Below, piece after piece: positions 1 through 9,560 of a stretch of DNA of 60,666 bases. A model generated the notes under the pieces. The model had not been told where the DNA came from. It saw only the letters and a list, made by a program, of their open reading frames with translations, and ran no database searches. Origin of the DNA: Candidatus Dorea gallistercoris (lineage in GTDB: Bacteria; Bacillota; Clostridia; Lachnospirales; Lachnospiraceae); NCBI GenBank assembly GCA_019114065.1, contig DXGF01000023.1:1-60666 (forward strand). Reading direction: 5' to 3'. Position numbers and translations under genes: made by a program. How positions within the stretch are numbered: position 1 is the first letter of the stretch; each line of letters begins with the position of its first letter.

Positions 1-1161
1 CAAGAGCCCCTGACGCCATAATTGCCCCAGCAAATCCCCGGCTTCATATAAATCTTTGATCGTTTCATTCTCTGAAACTTTATATATTTTGGTGTACCCG
101 TCTTTTTTTACTAAACAAAAAAGTTCTTCTAAATAAATAGCATTCAAAAAATCTGGCGAATGTGTCGATATGAAAACTTGCCCTCCATCTTCTGCATACA
201 ATCGGAATTCCTCCGCCAACTCCATGAGCAACAAAGGATACAGCTGGTTCTCCGGCTCTTCCACGCACAAAAGCGCATGCTTTTCCGGGTCTTTGAGCAA
301 TACAAGATAAGTAAACATTTTAATCGTTCCATCAGAAACAAACCTGGACACAAAAGGATCCTTAAAGTTACCATCCTGAAACCGCAATACGATTCTTCCA
401 TCCGCGGTCTCCTGAGCTTCCACTTTCGACACTCCTGGTACTCTTTTTCCCATGACTTTCAAAATCTCATCAAATACTTCCCGGTGATTGTCATACATAT
501 ATTTTGCCACTAAGGCCAAATTATCGCCCGATGTCGATATCCTTTCACTATATCCTGCATCCTTCGTCCCTCTAGCATCCTCTATGTGAAAATCTGACAC
601 ATACCAATCCTCGATCAGACGACGAAGTTGAGAAACCGCGATAAATTCTTTGAACTGCCCCAGTCCTTTTATCGCCAGAATGTCAGGCGAATCCAGCTTT
701 TGATGACTTCTATCCGCCAATCGGACATCCTCATATTTGATCAAATCTCCGTCTGCGGCAACGCCTTCCCCAAAAGCGAACTCCAATACTTTCCAGGGTG
801 CTCCTGTCTGTCCCCTTCGAAAACGCATGATCTCCTTTTTTATGGCTGGTCTTTTATCATCCAGCAGACATATCGATAACTGATAGGTAATGACTGGCTC
901 ATCTTTTGAGGCTCTAAATTTGATCTCAAATTCTATATCGCCATCCTGCCCCCTTGATATCACTTCCTGAAATCCACCTCTTTTAGCCAATGCCGCACGG
1001 ATATTCGATTGCAGCGCATCGTGGAGAAATCCAAATATATCAAAAAAAGTTGTCTTTCCAACACCATTCATACCGAGAAAAACTGCCAGGTTGGGGATCT
1101 CTTTTACCTCAATATCCTGAAATACCTTATAATTTTTTACACTGATAGATTCAATCCTCAT
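1..1161 (-). CDS. ABC/SMC-like AAA_21 (COG4637-type) ATPase; 3' end runs off the window
   Basis: Translated by hand. ATG at 1161-1159 follows a GGGAGG RBS, with 387 codons and no stop. Motifs: MRIESISVKNYKVF start, Walker A GMNGVGKT, signature-like FVSDGT, Walker B LLCVEEPEN, H-loop ISTHSP, and LGQLWRQG near the end. Absent from the ORF track because the stop lies outside the window. Confidence 0.88.
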   Translation of the reverse strand, partial: MRIESISVKNYKVFQDIEVKEIPNLAVFLGMNGVGKTTFFDIFGFLHDALQSNIRAALAKRGGFQEVISRGQDGDIEFEIKFRASKDEPVITYQLSICLLDDKRPAIKKEIMRFRRGQTGAPWKVLEFAFGEGVAADGDLIKYEDVRLADRSHQKLDSPDILAIKGLGQFKEFIAVSQLRRLIEDWYVSDFHIEDARGTKDAGYSERISTSGDNLALVAKYMYDNHREVFDEILKVMGKRVPGVSKVEAQETADGRIVLRFQDGNFKDPFVSRFVSDGTIKMFTYLVLLKDPEKHALLCVEEPENQLYPLLLMELAEEFRLYAEDGGQVFISTHSPDFLNAIYLEELFCLVKKDGYTKIYKVSENETIKDLYEAGDLLGQLWRQGLL

Positions 1162-1193
1162 ATCCCGGCCTCCCTTTTTCTGAATAATTTCAT

Positions 1194-1222
1194 TATATAC
1201 TCATCCAGAATAATCCTCAATA
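1194..1222 (-). promoter_or_regulatory. putative sigmaA promoter of the ATPase gene
   Basis: TTGAGG-17 nt-TATAAT on the minus strand. Confidence 0.5.
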
Positions 1223-1340
1223 TTCCCTGTATTGTTTTTATACTAACTTGCACACCGCCCGGGAAATTTATACAGTATTGAAAATACCTCTTCATTCTGT
1301 TAAACTTTAACCAGCAAAATCAGTAGGAGGGATCCAAAGC

Positions 1341-1784
1341 ATGAGCAAGATCGAAGAAGTAAGAAGCGACATGGTGAAAGCCATGAAGGCGGGCGAGAAG
1401 GAGACCAAGGAAACACTCTCCATGCTCCTTGCCGCCCTGAAGAATAAAGCCATCGACAAGCGCGCGGACCTGACAGAGGAAGAGGAAGTCCAGGTGGTAT
1501 TAAAGGAGATCAAACAGACCAAGGAAACTCTGGAGATGACGCCGGCGGACCGGACTGAGATCATTGAAGAGTGTAACCGCCGTTTGGCTGTTTTAGAACA
1601 GTACGCTCCCAAGATGATGGATGAGAACGAGATCAAAGAGGTGATCACAGCCACTTTAGCCGAACTTGGCATTGAAGCCCCCACTGCCAAAGACAAGGGG
1701 CGGATCATGAAGGTCCTTATGCCCAAGGTGAAGGGGAAGGCAGACGGGAAGCTGGTAAACGAACTTCTCGGCACATTTTTTTAA
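1341..1784 (+). CDS. GatB/YqeY domain protein
   Basis: AMKAGEK...LAALKNKAID, E...L..Y.P and GRIMK.LMPKVKGKADGK motifs; AGGAGG RBS. Confidence 0.92.
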   Translation: MSKIEEVRSDMVKAMKAGEKETKETLSMLLAALKNKAIDKRADLTEEEEVQVVLKEIKQTKETLEMTPADRTEIIEECNRRLAVLEQYAPKMMDENEIKEVITATLAELGIEAPTAKDKGRIMKVLMPKVKGKADGKLVNELLGTFF

Positions 1785-1804
1785 TCCCAGATGTTATCTA
1801 CAGA

Positions 1805-1849
1805 AAAACAGGACGTTCCCTGAGTTTATAAAAGGGGACGTCCTGTTTT
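1805..1849. terminator. bidirectional intrinsic terminator
   Basis: AAAACAGGACGTTCCCT / AGGGGACGTCCTGTTTT inverted repeat between convergent genes. Confidence 0.75.
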
Positions 1850-1881
1850 ATCTCTGTCCTGATCTAGGCACTCTTCCGCTC

Positions 1882-2952
1882 CTATTCGGCCTCTTCCTCC
1901 TGCTGGGCCTGATCGTCTGTCTGGACCGCATCTGCGTAAGGTTCCTCTGAGGACTGCTTGATCGTAACACTTAAGTCATTGAAGTCGATCTTCCTCCACA
2001 CACTGTCATGCTCCTCGATATCAGCGTCATCCAGCCACCCTTGGGTCGTGTCCTCATAGAGCTGGGTCTGGCGCTCCGTTACGATCTGCTGCTTCCTGGT
2101 CTCTGTGGCCTCCTCATCAAACAGGCTGGTCACTTTGACCACATAGCATCCCGCATCCGTCTCGATCACGCCGGTGTTCTCGCCCTCGCCCAGCTGATCC
2201 GCCTCGTCCACGACCTCCTCAGAGGGAACGTTTGAGTCAGAATCAAAGGTATCTTCAGTCACTTCGCCGCCGTACTCTTCCGCGGCCTGCGCAAAATCAG
2301 CGCCTCCCTGTACGCTCTGGAGGAACGCCTCCGCATTCTCCTTTGCCGCGGCTTTCTCCTCCTCCGTAAGGTCCTGGACCGCTCCGCTGTCATCCGTGGT
2401 AGTATAGGAGAAAAAGGCGTACTGCATCGCCTTCTGGGCCGCCTCTTCGTCGGAAACTTCTGTGTCCGCTCCTGCCTGGATAGCTTCCTGCACCTTGCTC
2501 TGGATCGCCATCAGGGTCAGCACCCGTTCCGCTGTCTCTGTGCTTCCGGAGATCTTCTCCTTATCCTCCAGAGAATTCGCCTCAGAGAACTCCTGAGCCA
2601 GCTTGCTGATCTCTTCTTTCTCACCGTCGCTCAAGGACACCTCGTAGTCTCCCATGTGCTCCTCGCACAGAAGCATGACCTCCAGAGACTCTCTGGCCGC
2701 GTTCTTCACGGATTCCTCATAAGTCTCTCCCTCTTCCGCTTCCGTATTCCACATATCATCCCCCATATATGCGCCGTAATAGGTCTCATACTCCGCCTGC
2801 ATATATCTGGCGTAGAAGTTTGCCACATCTGCCGTCAGTTCACTGCCGTTCACACTGACCGCCACCGCGTCTTCATCCAGAGATCCGCAGCCCGTCAGGC
2901 CGCCGGCCGTCAGCATCGCCGCCATGAGCAGTATTACCGCCTTCTTTTTCAT
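1882..2952 (-). CDS. PrsA-like peptidyl-prolyl isomerase lipoprotein
   Basis: Signal peptide with lipobox LTGC, parvulin-like GADFAQAAEEY...VIETDAGCYVVK, located directly downstream of mfd. Confidence 0.8.
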   Translation of the reverse strand: MKKKAVILLMAAMLTAGGLTGCGSLDEDAVAVSVNGSELTADVANFYARYMQAEYETYYGAYMGDDMWNTEAEEGETYEESVKNAARESLEVMLLCEEHMGDYEVSLSDGEKEEISKLAQEFSEANSLEDKEKISGSTETAERVLTLMAIQSKVQEAIQAGADTEVSDEEAAQKAMQYAFFSYTTTDDSGAVQDLTEEEKAAAKENAEAFLQSVQGGADFAQAAEEYGGEVTEDTFDSDSNVPSEEVVDEADQLGEGENTGVIETDAGCYVVKVTSLFDEEATETRKQQIVTERQTQLYEDTTQGWLDDADIEEHDSVWRKIDFNDLSVTIKQSSEEPYADAVQTDDQAQQEEEAE

Positions 2953-3005
2953 AATGCTATAAAACCTCCTTAGTACCCTGCTAACCTATTTATTATAGCC
3001 TGTTT

Positions 3006-6000
3006 TCAATGGTCAATCAATCCTTTTATCCCAATTAACACATTTTTCACGATTTCCAGACTGTCAGCCTCTTTCCCCCTGCCATTCCTGGCTTTCTTCT
3101 GGTAGGAGAATTCCGGATGTTCCACATCCGCCTTAAAGGACAGATCCCCATGGAATTCCTCGATCAGGGCCGGGATCCGCTCCGGGGCCGCCTTGGCCCT
3201 CTCATACATGGCAAAGGTGTAGACCTCCCCTTGCTGTTCCACCGCCGTCACATAGGCGCTGTGGGCCAAAGCCTTCAGGCCGGAGATCTCCAGCAGTGTC
3301 TCCACTTTCCTGGGGATATCCCCGAACCGGTCCAGAAGTTCATCCTTCATATCTTCCATCTCATCCTGAGACTCGATGGCCGCGATCCTCTTGTAGATGT
3401 CCAATTTCTGGTATTCATTGGGAATGTAGCTATCCGGAATATAGGCGTCCACATCCAGGTCGATGGTGGTGGCGTACGTTTCCTCCTCCATTTCTCCTTT
3501 CAGATGTCTGACCGCTTCATTTAACATCTTACAGTACAGGTCATACCCTACCGCTTCCATGTGCCCGTGCTGTTCTGCTCCCAGAAGGTTGCCTGCTCCC
3601 CGGATCTCCAGATCCCGCATAGCGATCTTAAATCCAGAGCCCAGATCTGTGAACTCCCGGATGGCGGATAGCCGTTTTTCCGCCACTTCCCGCAGCATCT
3701 TATCTCTCCGGTATAGGAGAAACGCGTAGGCCATCCGGCCGGAACGCCCCACCCGGCCTCTGAGCTGGTAGAGCTGGGACAGTCCCAGCCGGTCCGCATC
3801 GTGGATGATCATCGTATTCACATTCGAGATATCCAGCCCTGTCTCGATGATCGTGGTGGATACCAGCACGTCGATCTCACCGCCGATGAACTCATACATG
3901 ATCCGCTCCAGTTCCTGCTCCTTCATCTGTCCATGAGCAAAGGCCACCGTATATTCCGGCACCAGCTTCTGGATATTGGCCGTCACTTCCGCGATATCCT
4001 CCACCCGGTTGTATACATAATACACCTGTCCCTGTCTCGCGCACTCCCGCTCGATGGCCTCCCGGACCATCTCCGTGTTGTACTCCATCACGTAAGTCTG
4101 GATGGGAAGCCGGTCTTCGGGAGCCTCCTCCAGCACACTCATATCCCGGATGCCGATCAGGCTCATGTGCAGCGTCCTTGGGATCGGCGTTGCCGTCAGG
4201 GTCATCACATCCACATTTTCTTTCAGCTTCTTGATCTTCTCCTTGTGCTGTACTCCGAATCTCTGCTCCTCGTCGATCACCAGAAGGCCCAGGCCCTTGA
4301 ACTTCACGTCATTGCTCAGCACCCGGTGTGTGCCGATCACAATATCCACCAGGCCCTTTTTCAGATCCTCGATAGTCTTCTTCTGCTGGGCGTTGGTCCG
4401 AAATCGGCACAGAAGATCCACCCGTACTGGGAAATCCTTCATCCGCTGAACAAAGGTATTATAGTGCTGCTGAGCCAGGATCGTGGTTGGCACCAGATAC
4501 ACCACCTGCTTGTTCTCCTGGACTGCCTTGAAGGCGGCCCGGATGGCGATCTCCGTCTTACCATAGCCCACGTCCCCGCAGATCAGACGGTCCATGATCC
4601 GGTGGCTCTGCATATCCCGCTTCACCGCTTCAATGGCCAGAAGCTGGTCTTCTGTCTCCTCAAAGGGGAACATTTCCTCAAATTCCTTCTGCCAGACCGT
4701 GTCCTCCCCGTAAGCGTAGCCCTCCTGATTCTGCCGGGCCGCGTAGAGCTCTACCAGATCTTTGGCGATCTCGCGGACCGCGCCCCGCACCCGGGCCTTG
4801 GTCTTGGTCCATTCCTGGGTCCCCAGCCGGTTCAGCCTGGGCTTCTTTGCGTCAGAATCCGCGTACTTCTGGATCAGATCCAGCTGGGTAGCCGGGATAT
4901 AGAGATTCCCTCCCTGGGCGTAGGCAATCTTCATATAGTCTTTGGCCACTTTATCCACCTGGATCTTCTCGATCCCCTGATAAATACCAAGGCCGTGGTT
5001 CTCATGCACCACATAGTCTCCCGGTTTCAGCTGGGAAAAATCCTGGATCTTGCGTCCCTCATAGGTTTTCCTCTTTCGCTTCTTTTTGACTTTCCCAAAG
5101 ATATCTGTCTCAGAGATGACAGTAAACTTGAGCAGGGGATACTCATATCCCTCCCCCACATGTCCGTAAGCCGTCATGATCTCCCCGGGAAGAACCTGTC
5201 GGTCCATGTCATCGCTGTAGTAGCTGCTCAGATTGTAGTCCCTTAAGTCCTCTGCCAGACGCCTGGCTCTTGTCCGGGATCCGGACAACAGCACCACCCG
5301 GTATCCGTTCCGCTTCAGCCGCTTCAGATCTCTGGTCAGAAGGTCGAAGCTGCTGTTATAGGGGTTGACGCTCTTGACCTGGATGGAATAGGATCCTCGC
5401 TGGGCAAAGCCTTTGGCTCTCATATCCAGGGCGCACATCCCGATGCTTCTGTATCGGCTGATCTTCTCTGTCAGTTCCTTCGTGGTATAGAGCCTGGCCT
5501 CCTCATCCGAGACTTCCATTCCACTCTCCACCCGCCGTTTCTGGGCTTCCAGAAACTCTTCCTCCACACCCTGGCCCTTTTCCAGAAGCCGCACCGGCTC
5601 ATCCAGGAAGAGCAGAGTGTCTTCTACAGGAAAATAATCCAGGAAGGATACTCCCCGCTCTCCCGCTCCTGGAAACTCCGCCGCCGGATAGATCCAGACT
5701 TCCTGCAGATTCTCAATGGACCGCTGGGTTTCCACATCGAAAGAACGGATGGAATCCACCTCATCCCCCCACAGTTCAATGCGCACCGGAAGTTCCTCCG
5801 TCAGCGGATAGATATCCAGAATCCCTCCCCGCACGGCAAACTGCCCCGGTCCTTCGATCTGCGCCTCCCTGTCGTATCCGATCCGGATCAGATTCCGCTC
5901 GATCGTCTCCATATCCACCGTACTCTCCGCCCCAACGCGGATCGCCCGGTGGGCCAGCACTTCCCTTGGAAGCAGCACATCCATGAAAGCGTCAAAACTG

Positions 6001-6350
6001 GTCACCACCGTCAGGGATTTCCGGCTCAGAACAGCCTGGAGCACTTCCATCCTCTCCTTTACCAGCGCTTTATTCCGCAGGTCCGCCTGATAGAACAAAA
6101 GGTCCTTGGCCGGATACAGCCAGGTATCGCTGTCCAGAAAACGGTATTCTTCATAGACCTGTTTTGCTTTTGTCTCACTGGAACAGGCGATGACTTTATA
6201 AGGACAGCCATCGCCAAAAGCGTACATCATATGGGTTTTTTGAGAGGGAACACAGCCGGTGATCCGCAGCATTCCCGGCCCCTCCATCTTCTTTTTCTCG
6301 ATCTCTTCAAATTCCGCCAGTTCTGTCAGCGGCCCGGTCAAGGCTTGCAT
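3006..6350 (-). CDS. mfd: transcription-repair coupling factor
   Basis: CarD-like RID (GDYVVHENHG), CGDVGYGKT, DEEQRFGV, QLRGRVGRS, DLEIRGAGNLLG and a TRCF C-terminus. Confidence 0.98.
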   Translation of the reverse strand: MQALTGPLTELAEFEEIEKKKMEGPGMLRITGCVPSQKTHMMYAFGDGCPYKVIACSSETKAKQVYEEYRFLDSDTWLYPAKDLLFYQADLRNKALVKERMEVLQAVLSRKSLTVVTSFDAFMDVLLPREVLAHRAIRVGAESTVDMETIERNLIRIGYDREAQIEGPGQFAVRGGILDIYPLTEELPVRIELWGDEVDSIRSFDVETQRSIENLQEVWIYPAAEFPGAGERGVSFLDYFPVEDTLLFLDEPVRLLEKGQGVEEEFLEAQKRRVESGMEVSDEEARLYTTKELTEKISRYRSIGMCALDMRAKGFAQRGSYSIQVKSVNPYNSSFDLLTRDLKRLKRNGYRVVLLSGSRTRARRLAEDLRDYNLSSYYSDDMDRQVLPGEIMTAYGHVGEGYEYPLLKFTVISETDIFGKVKKKRKRKTYEGRKIQDFSQLKPGDYVVHENHGLGIYQGIEKIQVDKVAKDYMKIAYAQGGNLYIPATQLDLIQKYADSDAKKPRLNRLGTQEWTKTKARVRGAVREIAKDLVELYAARQNQEGYAYGEDTVWQKEFEEMFPFEETEDQLLAIEAVKRDMQSHRIMDRLICGDVGYGKTEIAIRAAFKAVQENKQVVYLVPTTILAQQHYNTFVQRMKDFPVRVDLLCRFRTNAQQKKTIEDLKKGLVDIVIGTHRVLSNDVKFKGLGLLVIDEEQRFGVQHKEKIKKLKENVDVMTLTATPIPRTLHMSLIGIRDMSVLEEAPEDRLPIQTYVMEYNTEMVREAIERECARQGQVYYVYNRVEDIAEVTANIQKLVPEYTVAFAHGQMKEQELERIMYEFIGGEIDVLVSTTIIETGLDISNVNTMIIHDADRLGLSQLYQLRGRVGRSGRMAYAFLLYRRDKMLREVAEKRLSAIREFTDLGSGFKIAMRDLEIRGAGNLLGAEQHGHMEAVGYDLYCKMLNEAVRHLKGEMEEETYATTIDLDVDAYIPDSYIPNEYQKLDIYKRIAAIESQDEMEDMKDELLDRFGDIPRKVETLLEISGLKALAHSAYVTAVEQQGEVYTFAMYERAKAAPERIPALIEEFHGDLSFKADVEHPEFSYQKKARNGRGKEADSLEIVKNVLIGIKGLIDH

Positions 6351-6351
6351 A

Positions 6352-6936
6352 TCAATTCTCCCCCGGTTTTGCTTTTCTGTTATATTCGTTCATGGCCGCC
6401 TCGATCTCTCCCTCCAGGATCAGCTCCACCGCGCTTACCGCCTTCTCACATCCTTCTTCCATCTGCTTCCGCTCTTCTTTTGAGAAGCGGCTCAGCACAT
6501 GATCTGCCAGATCAAACTCTCTGGGCTTTTCCCCCACACCCATTTTTATCCGGGGGAAAACCTGGGTTCCCAGGTGGACGATGATATTCTTGATCCCGTT
6601 ATGGCCTCCCGCGCTTCCTTTCTTGCGGATCCGGATCTGGCCTGGCGACAGGCTGATATCATCGTAGATCACAAGAAGTTCCCGCTCCACATCGATCTTG
6701 TAGTAGTCCGTCAGTCCCCGGAGGCTCTCTCCGCTTAAGTTCATATAGGTCTGCGGCTTTGCCAGGATCACTTTACTTCCGCCGATGATCCCTTTCCCGA
6801 TATAGGCCCGGGCCTTCCTTCCGTCTACAGAAATATGATATTTATCCGCAAGGGCATCTATGACCGCAAACCCTGCGTTGTGCCGGGTCCCTTCATAGCT
6901 CAAGCCAGGATTTCCAAGTCCCGCGATAATAAACAT
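6352..6936 (-). CDS. pth: peptidyl-tRNA hydrolase
   Basis: GLGNPG, TRHNAG, KPQTYMNLSG, GSAGGHNG. The start could be the GTG at 6945. Confidence 0.97.
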   Translation of the reverse strand: MFIIAGLGNPGLSYEGTRHNAGFAVIDALADKYHISVDGRKARAYIGKGIIGGSKVILAKPQTYMNLSGESLRGLTDYYKIDVERELLVIYDDISLSPGQIRIRKKGSAGGHNGIKNIIVHLGTQVFPRIKMGVGEKPREFDLADHVLSRFSKEERKQMEEGCEKAVSAVELILEGEIEAAMNEYNRKAKPGEN

Positions 6937-7009
6937 GTCTCTCACCTTCCATTTTTTCTCTTCTACATTCTACAGGAAGTGTTCCCATTTGTCACGCAAA
7001 AACCTGTAT

Positions 7010-7038
7010 GAATAATTTCCGCTGTTTTCTCATACATT
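7010..7038 (+). promoter_or_regulatory. sigmaE-type sporulation promoter
   Basis: gaATA-16 nt-CATACATT matches the sigmaE consensus ATA-N16-cATAcanT. Confidence 0.6.
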
Positions 7039-7081
7039 ATAGAAAGCGAACTTCGATTCCAGGATATTATAGGAGGTTTTT

Positions 7082-7516
7082 ATGAGTTCCAGAACCAAGA
7101 TCATTGTACTTCATATGAAAGAAATCATTTACACCGCAGTATTTGCCATCCTGGCGGTCCTGCTGATCTTACTGCTTTTGTTTATGTTTCTTCCAAAGAA
7201 TACAGGGGCCCGGGCTGAAAAAGAGAAATATGTGCCCGGAGTCTATACATCCACGGTATCGTTGAGTAACGCGGCTCTGGAGGTTGAAGTCACTGTAGAT
7301 GAATCGCATATCAACTCCATCCGCTTCTCAAACCTGGATGAGACGGTAGCCGCCATGTACCCCCTGATCCAGCCTGAGATCGAAAATATCGCGGAACAGA
7401 TATACAAAAATCAGTCTTTGGATGGAATCGAGCTTTCCCAGGAGAATCCCTACACCTCCCAGGTGATCGTCAACGCGATCTCAGAGGCGCTGGAAAAGGG
7501 AAAGATTCAGGAATAG
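7082..7516 (+). CDS. single-pass membrane protein with an FMN-binding-like extracellular domain
   Basis: N-terminal TM helix, then YVPGVYTS...VEVTVD...YTSQVIVNAISEAL; AGGAGG RBS. Confidence 0.6.
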   Translation: MSSRTKIIVLHMKEIIYTAVFAILAVLLILLLLFMFLPKNTGARAEKEKYVPGVYTSTVSLSNAALEVEVTVDESHINSIRFSNLDETVAAMYPLIQPEIENIAEQIYKNQSLDGIELSQENPYTSQVIVNAISEALEKGKIQE

Positions 7517-7535
7517 ATCCAGGAGCAGATCCAGG

Positions 7536-7583
7536 AAAAAAGGCGTGTGTCCCGCATGTACGCGGTGACCACGCCTTCCTTTT
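7536..7583. terminator. bidirectional terminator
   Basis: AAGGCGTG...CACGCCTT stem flanked by A/T tracts between convergent genes. Confidence 0.6.
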
Positions 7584-7602
7584 CTCCTATCTCCCCGTCC
7601 GA

Positions 7603-7866
7603 TCACCCTTCCACGATCAGATATCTGCCGTCTGGCAGAGCAAACACTTCCGATGCTTCTTCGAGCTCCTCCAAAGACATGCCTTCTGTGTCCAGCCCTT
7701 CTTCCTCGAAAAACTGACAGACCTCCTCCAGACTGTCCGCCACTACCGCCATACAGTCTTCCAGGAAAGCTTCCGCCTCCTCCATCGTCTCAGCCACCGG
7801 CTCGTCAAACAACTGGGACTGATGTTCCAGAAATGTCTGCAGGCATTCCTCATCATACTCATACAT
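7603..7866 (-). CDS. small acidic hypothetical protein
   Basis: 87 aa, AGGAGG RBS, very Glu-rich, ends ASEVFALPDGRYLIVEG. Confidence 0.75.
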   Translation of the reverse strand: MYEYDEECLQTFLEHQSQLFDEPVAETMEEAEAFLEDCMAVVADSLEEVCQFFEEEGLDTEGMSLEELEEASEVFALPDGRYLIVEG

Positions 7867-7893
7867 ACTTGCTTCCCTCCTTTTATCCGATTT

Positions 7894-8550
7894 TTATCCT
7901 TCCGCAAACCGCAGCAATTCTGCCGGTTTTTCCAAGATTGTGTCCGCCCCGGCTTTCTTAAGCTCTTGACAGGTCCGGAATCCCCATCCCACAGGAATGG
8001 TACGGATCCCTGCCCGTTTTCCCGTCTCAAGATCCACCTCCGAGTCTCCCACATACACACTGGCTTCCTCCTTTACCTCCAGCTGCCGCAGGATCCGATA
8101 GACCCCCTCCGGGTCCGGTTTTCTCCTGATGCCATCTTTCTGCCCCTGGATACAGTCAAACATATGCTCTCCGAAGACTGCCCGGGCCACTTTCAATGTC
8201 TGTCTGTGAGGCTTGTTGGAAAGCACTGCCAGTTTGATCCCTTTCTCCTTCAATTTCTCCAGCACTTCCACCATGCCATCATAAGGTGTTACATGATATG
8301 TACAGTTTTCGTCAAATATACGCCCGTATACCCGCATCGCTTCTTCCAGCCGCTCTCCCTTCTCATCGCCGGCCGCCCGGATCGCGTGGTCCATCAGGTA
8401 TCTTGCCCCATTTCCCACAAACTGTCTGCACTGTTCGTCTGTGATCTCCACAAGTCCCATCTCCCGAAGCGACGCTTTCACGGAATAGATCAAAGATTCC
8501 AGCGTATCTGCCAAAGTTCCGTCCAAATCAAAAATGTAAGCTTTCGTCAT
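7894..8550 (-). CDS. HAD-superfamily (phosphoglycolate phosphatase-like) hydrolase
   Basis: FDLDGTL, LSNK, KPDP and YVGDSEVD motifs; start set by GGAGGA RBS. Confidence 0.93.
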   Translation of the reverse strand: MTKAYIFDLDGTLADTLESLIYSVKASLREMGLVEITDEQCRQFVGNGARYLMDHAIRAAGDEKGERLEEAMRVYGRIFDENCTYHVTPYDGMVEVLEKLKEKGIKLAVLSNKPHRQTLKVARAVFGEHMFDCIQGQKDGIRRKPDPEGVYRILRQLEVKEEASVYVGDSEVDLETGKRAGIRTIPVGWGFRTCQELKKAGADTILEKPAELLRFAEG

Positions 8551-8603
8551 GTTTGTCTCCTCCATAAACTCATGATAGTATGGATAAAAGTAAATTTCAA
8601 GCA

Positions 8604-8663
8604 TCAATTGGGGCCGGGGTATTTTTAAAAATACCCCGGCCCCAATTGAAAATACCCTGTCCC
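8604..8663. repeat. REP-like palindromic element, copy 1
   Basis: 46-bp perfect palindrome at 8604-8649 followed by AAATACCCTGTCCC; homologous to 26377-26439. Confidence 0.85.
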
Positions 8664-9439
8664 TATTTGAGATACTGGCGCATGGTCCTTAACGCGTTTT
8701 TCTCCAGCCTGCTGACCTGCGCCTGTGAGATGTTGATCTCTTCCGCTACCTCCATCTGGGTTTTTCCCTCGAAAAACCGCAGCTTGATGATATGCCGCTC
8801 CCGCTGGTCCAGGTGTTCCATCGCTGCTTCCAGAGACAGATTTTCCACCCATTTTTCTTCTTTATTCTTCGTGTCGCTGATCTGATCCATCACATAAAGG
8901 GCATCGCCCCCGTTGTTGTAGACCGGCTCCTGCAGACTCATGGGCGCTTGGATGGCGTCCAGCGCAAATACAATATCTTCTTTGGAAATTCCGATCTCAT
9001 CAGCGATCTCCTGCACGGTAGGTTCTTTCAGATGTTGCCGGACAAAGTTTTCTTTCACGTAGATCGCCTTATAAGCGGTATCTCTCAAAGATCGGCTGAC
9101 CCGGATGGAGTTATTGTCCCGCATGTAGCGCCGGATCTCTCCGATGATCATGGGCACCGCGTAAGTGCTGAATTTTACATCCAGCTCTGTGTTAAAGTTA
9201 TTGACTGCTTTGATAAGACCAATGCAGCCAATCTGAAATAAGTCGTCCGGATTCTCGCCGCTGGCGCTAAACCGCTTGATCACGCTGAGCACCAGCCGCA
9301 GATTTCCTTTAATATATTCTTCTTTCGCTTCCTGATCCCCCGCTTTTATCCGCTCAAACAGCGCTTCCTTTTCTTCCTCCTTCAGAATGGGAAGTCTGGC
9401 TGTATTCACTCCGCATATCTCTACTTTCCCCTGTGCCAT
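8663..9439 (-). CDS. sigG: sporulation sigma factor G
   Basis: KVEICGVNTARLP N-terminus, NLRLVLSVI, DDLFQIGCIGLIK, GKTQMEVAEEINISQAQVSRLEK. Confidence 0.96.
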   Translation of the reverse strand: MAQGKVEICGVNTARLPILKEEEKEALFERIKAGDQEAKEEYIKGNLRLVLSVIKRFSASGENPDDLFQIGCIGLIKAVNNFNTELDVKFSTYAVPMIIGEIRRYMRDNNSIRVSRSLRDTAYKAIYVKENFVRQHLKEPTVQEIADEIGISKEDIVFALDAIQAPMSLQEPVYNNGGDALYVMDQISDTKNKEEKWVENLSLEAAMEHLDQRERHIIKLRFFEGKTQMEVAEEINISQAQVSRLEKNALRTMRQYLK

Positions 9440-9560
9440 CCAAAGAACCTCCTTGCTGGATCTGCTCCAAATTTTATGTCTAGTAAAATTCTGCTCCAGA
9501 TTCACTTTGGTTATTCCCACCGCCCAAAAAATAAAAAAAGTTTTAGCCCTTGACAAATGA

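Noticed and set aside
80-1281. Five short ORFs in the track (62-117 aa)
   Set aside because: They are shadows of the real minus-strand ATPase frame at 1-1161.
3801-5246. 481-aa plus-strand ORF
   Set aside because: Antisense shadow of mfd caused by codon bias; no RBS or recognisable motifs.
7503-7538. AGAT(T/C)CAGGA repeated three times at a 12-nt period
   Set aside because: Short slippage duplication at a stop codon; no spacers, not CRISPR.
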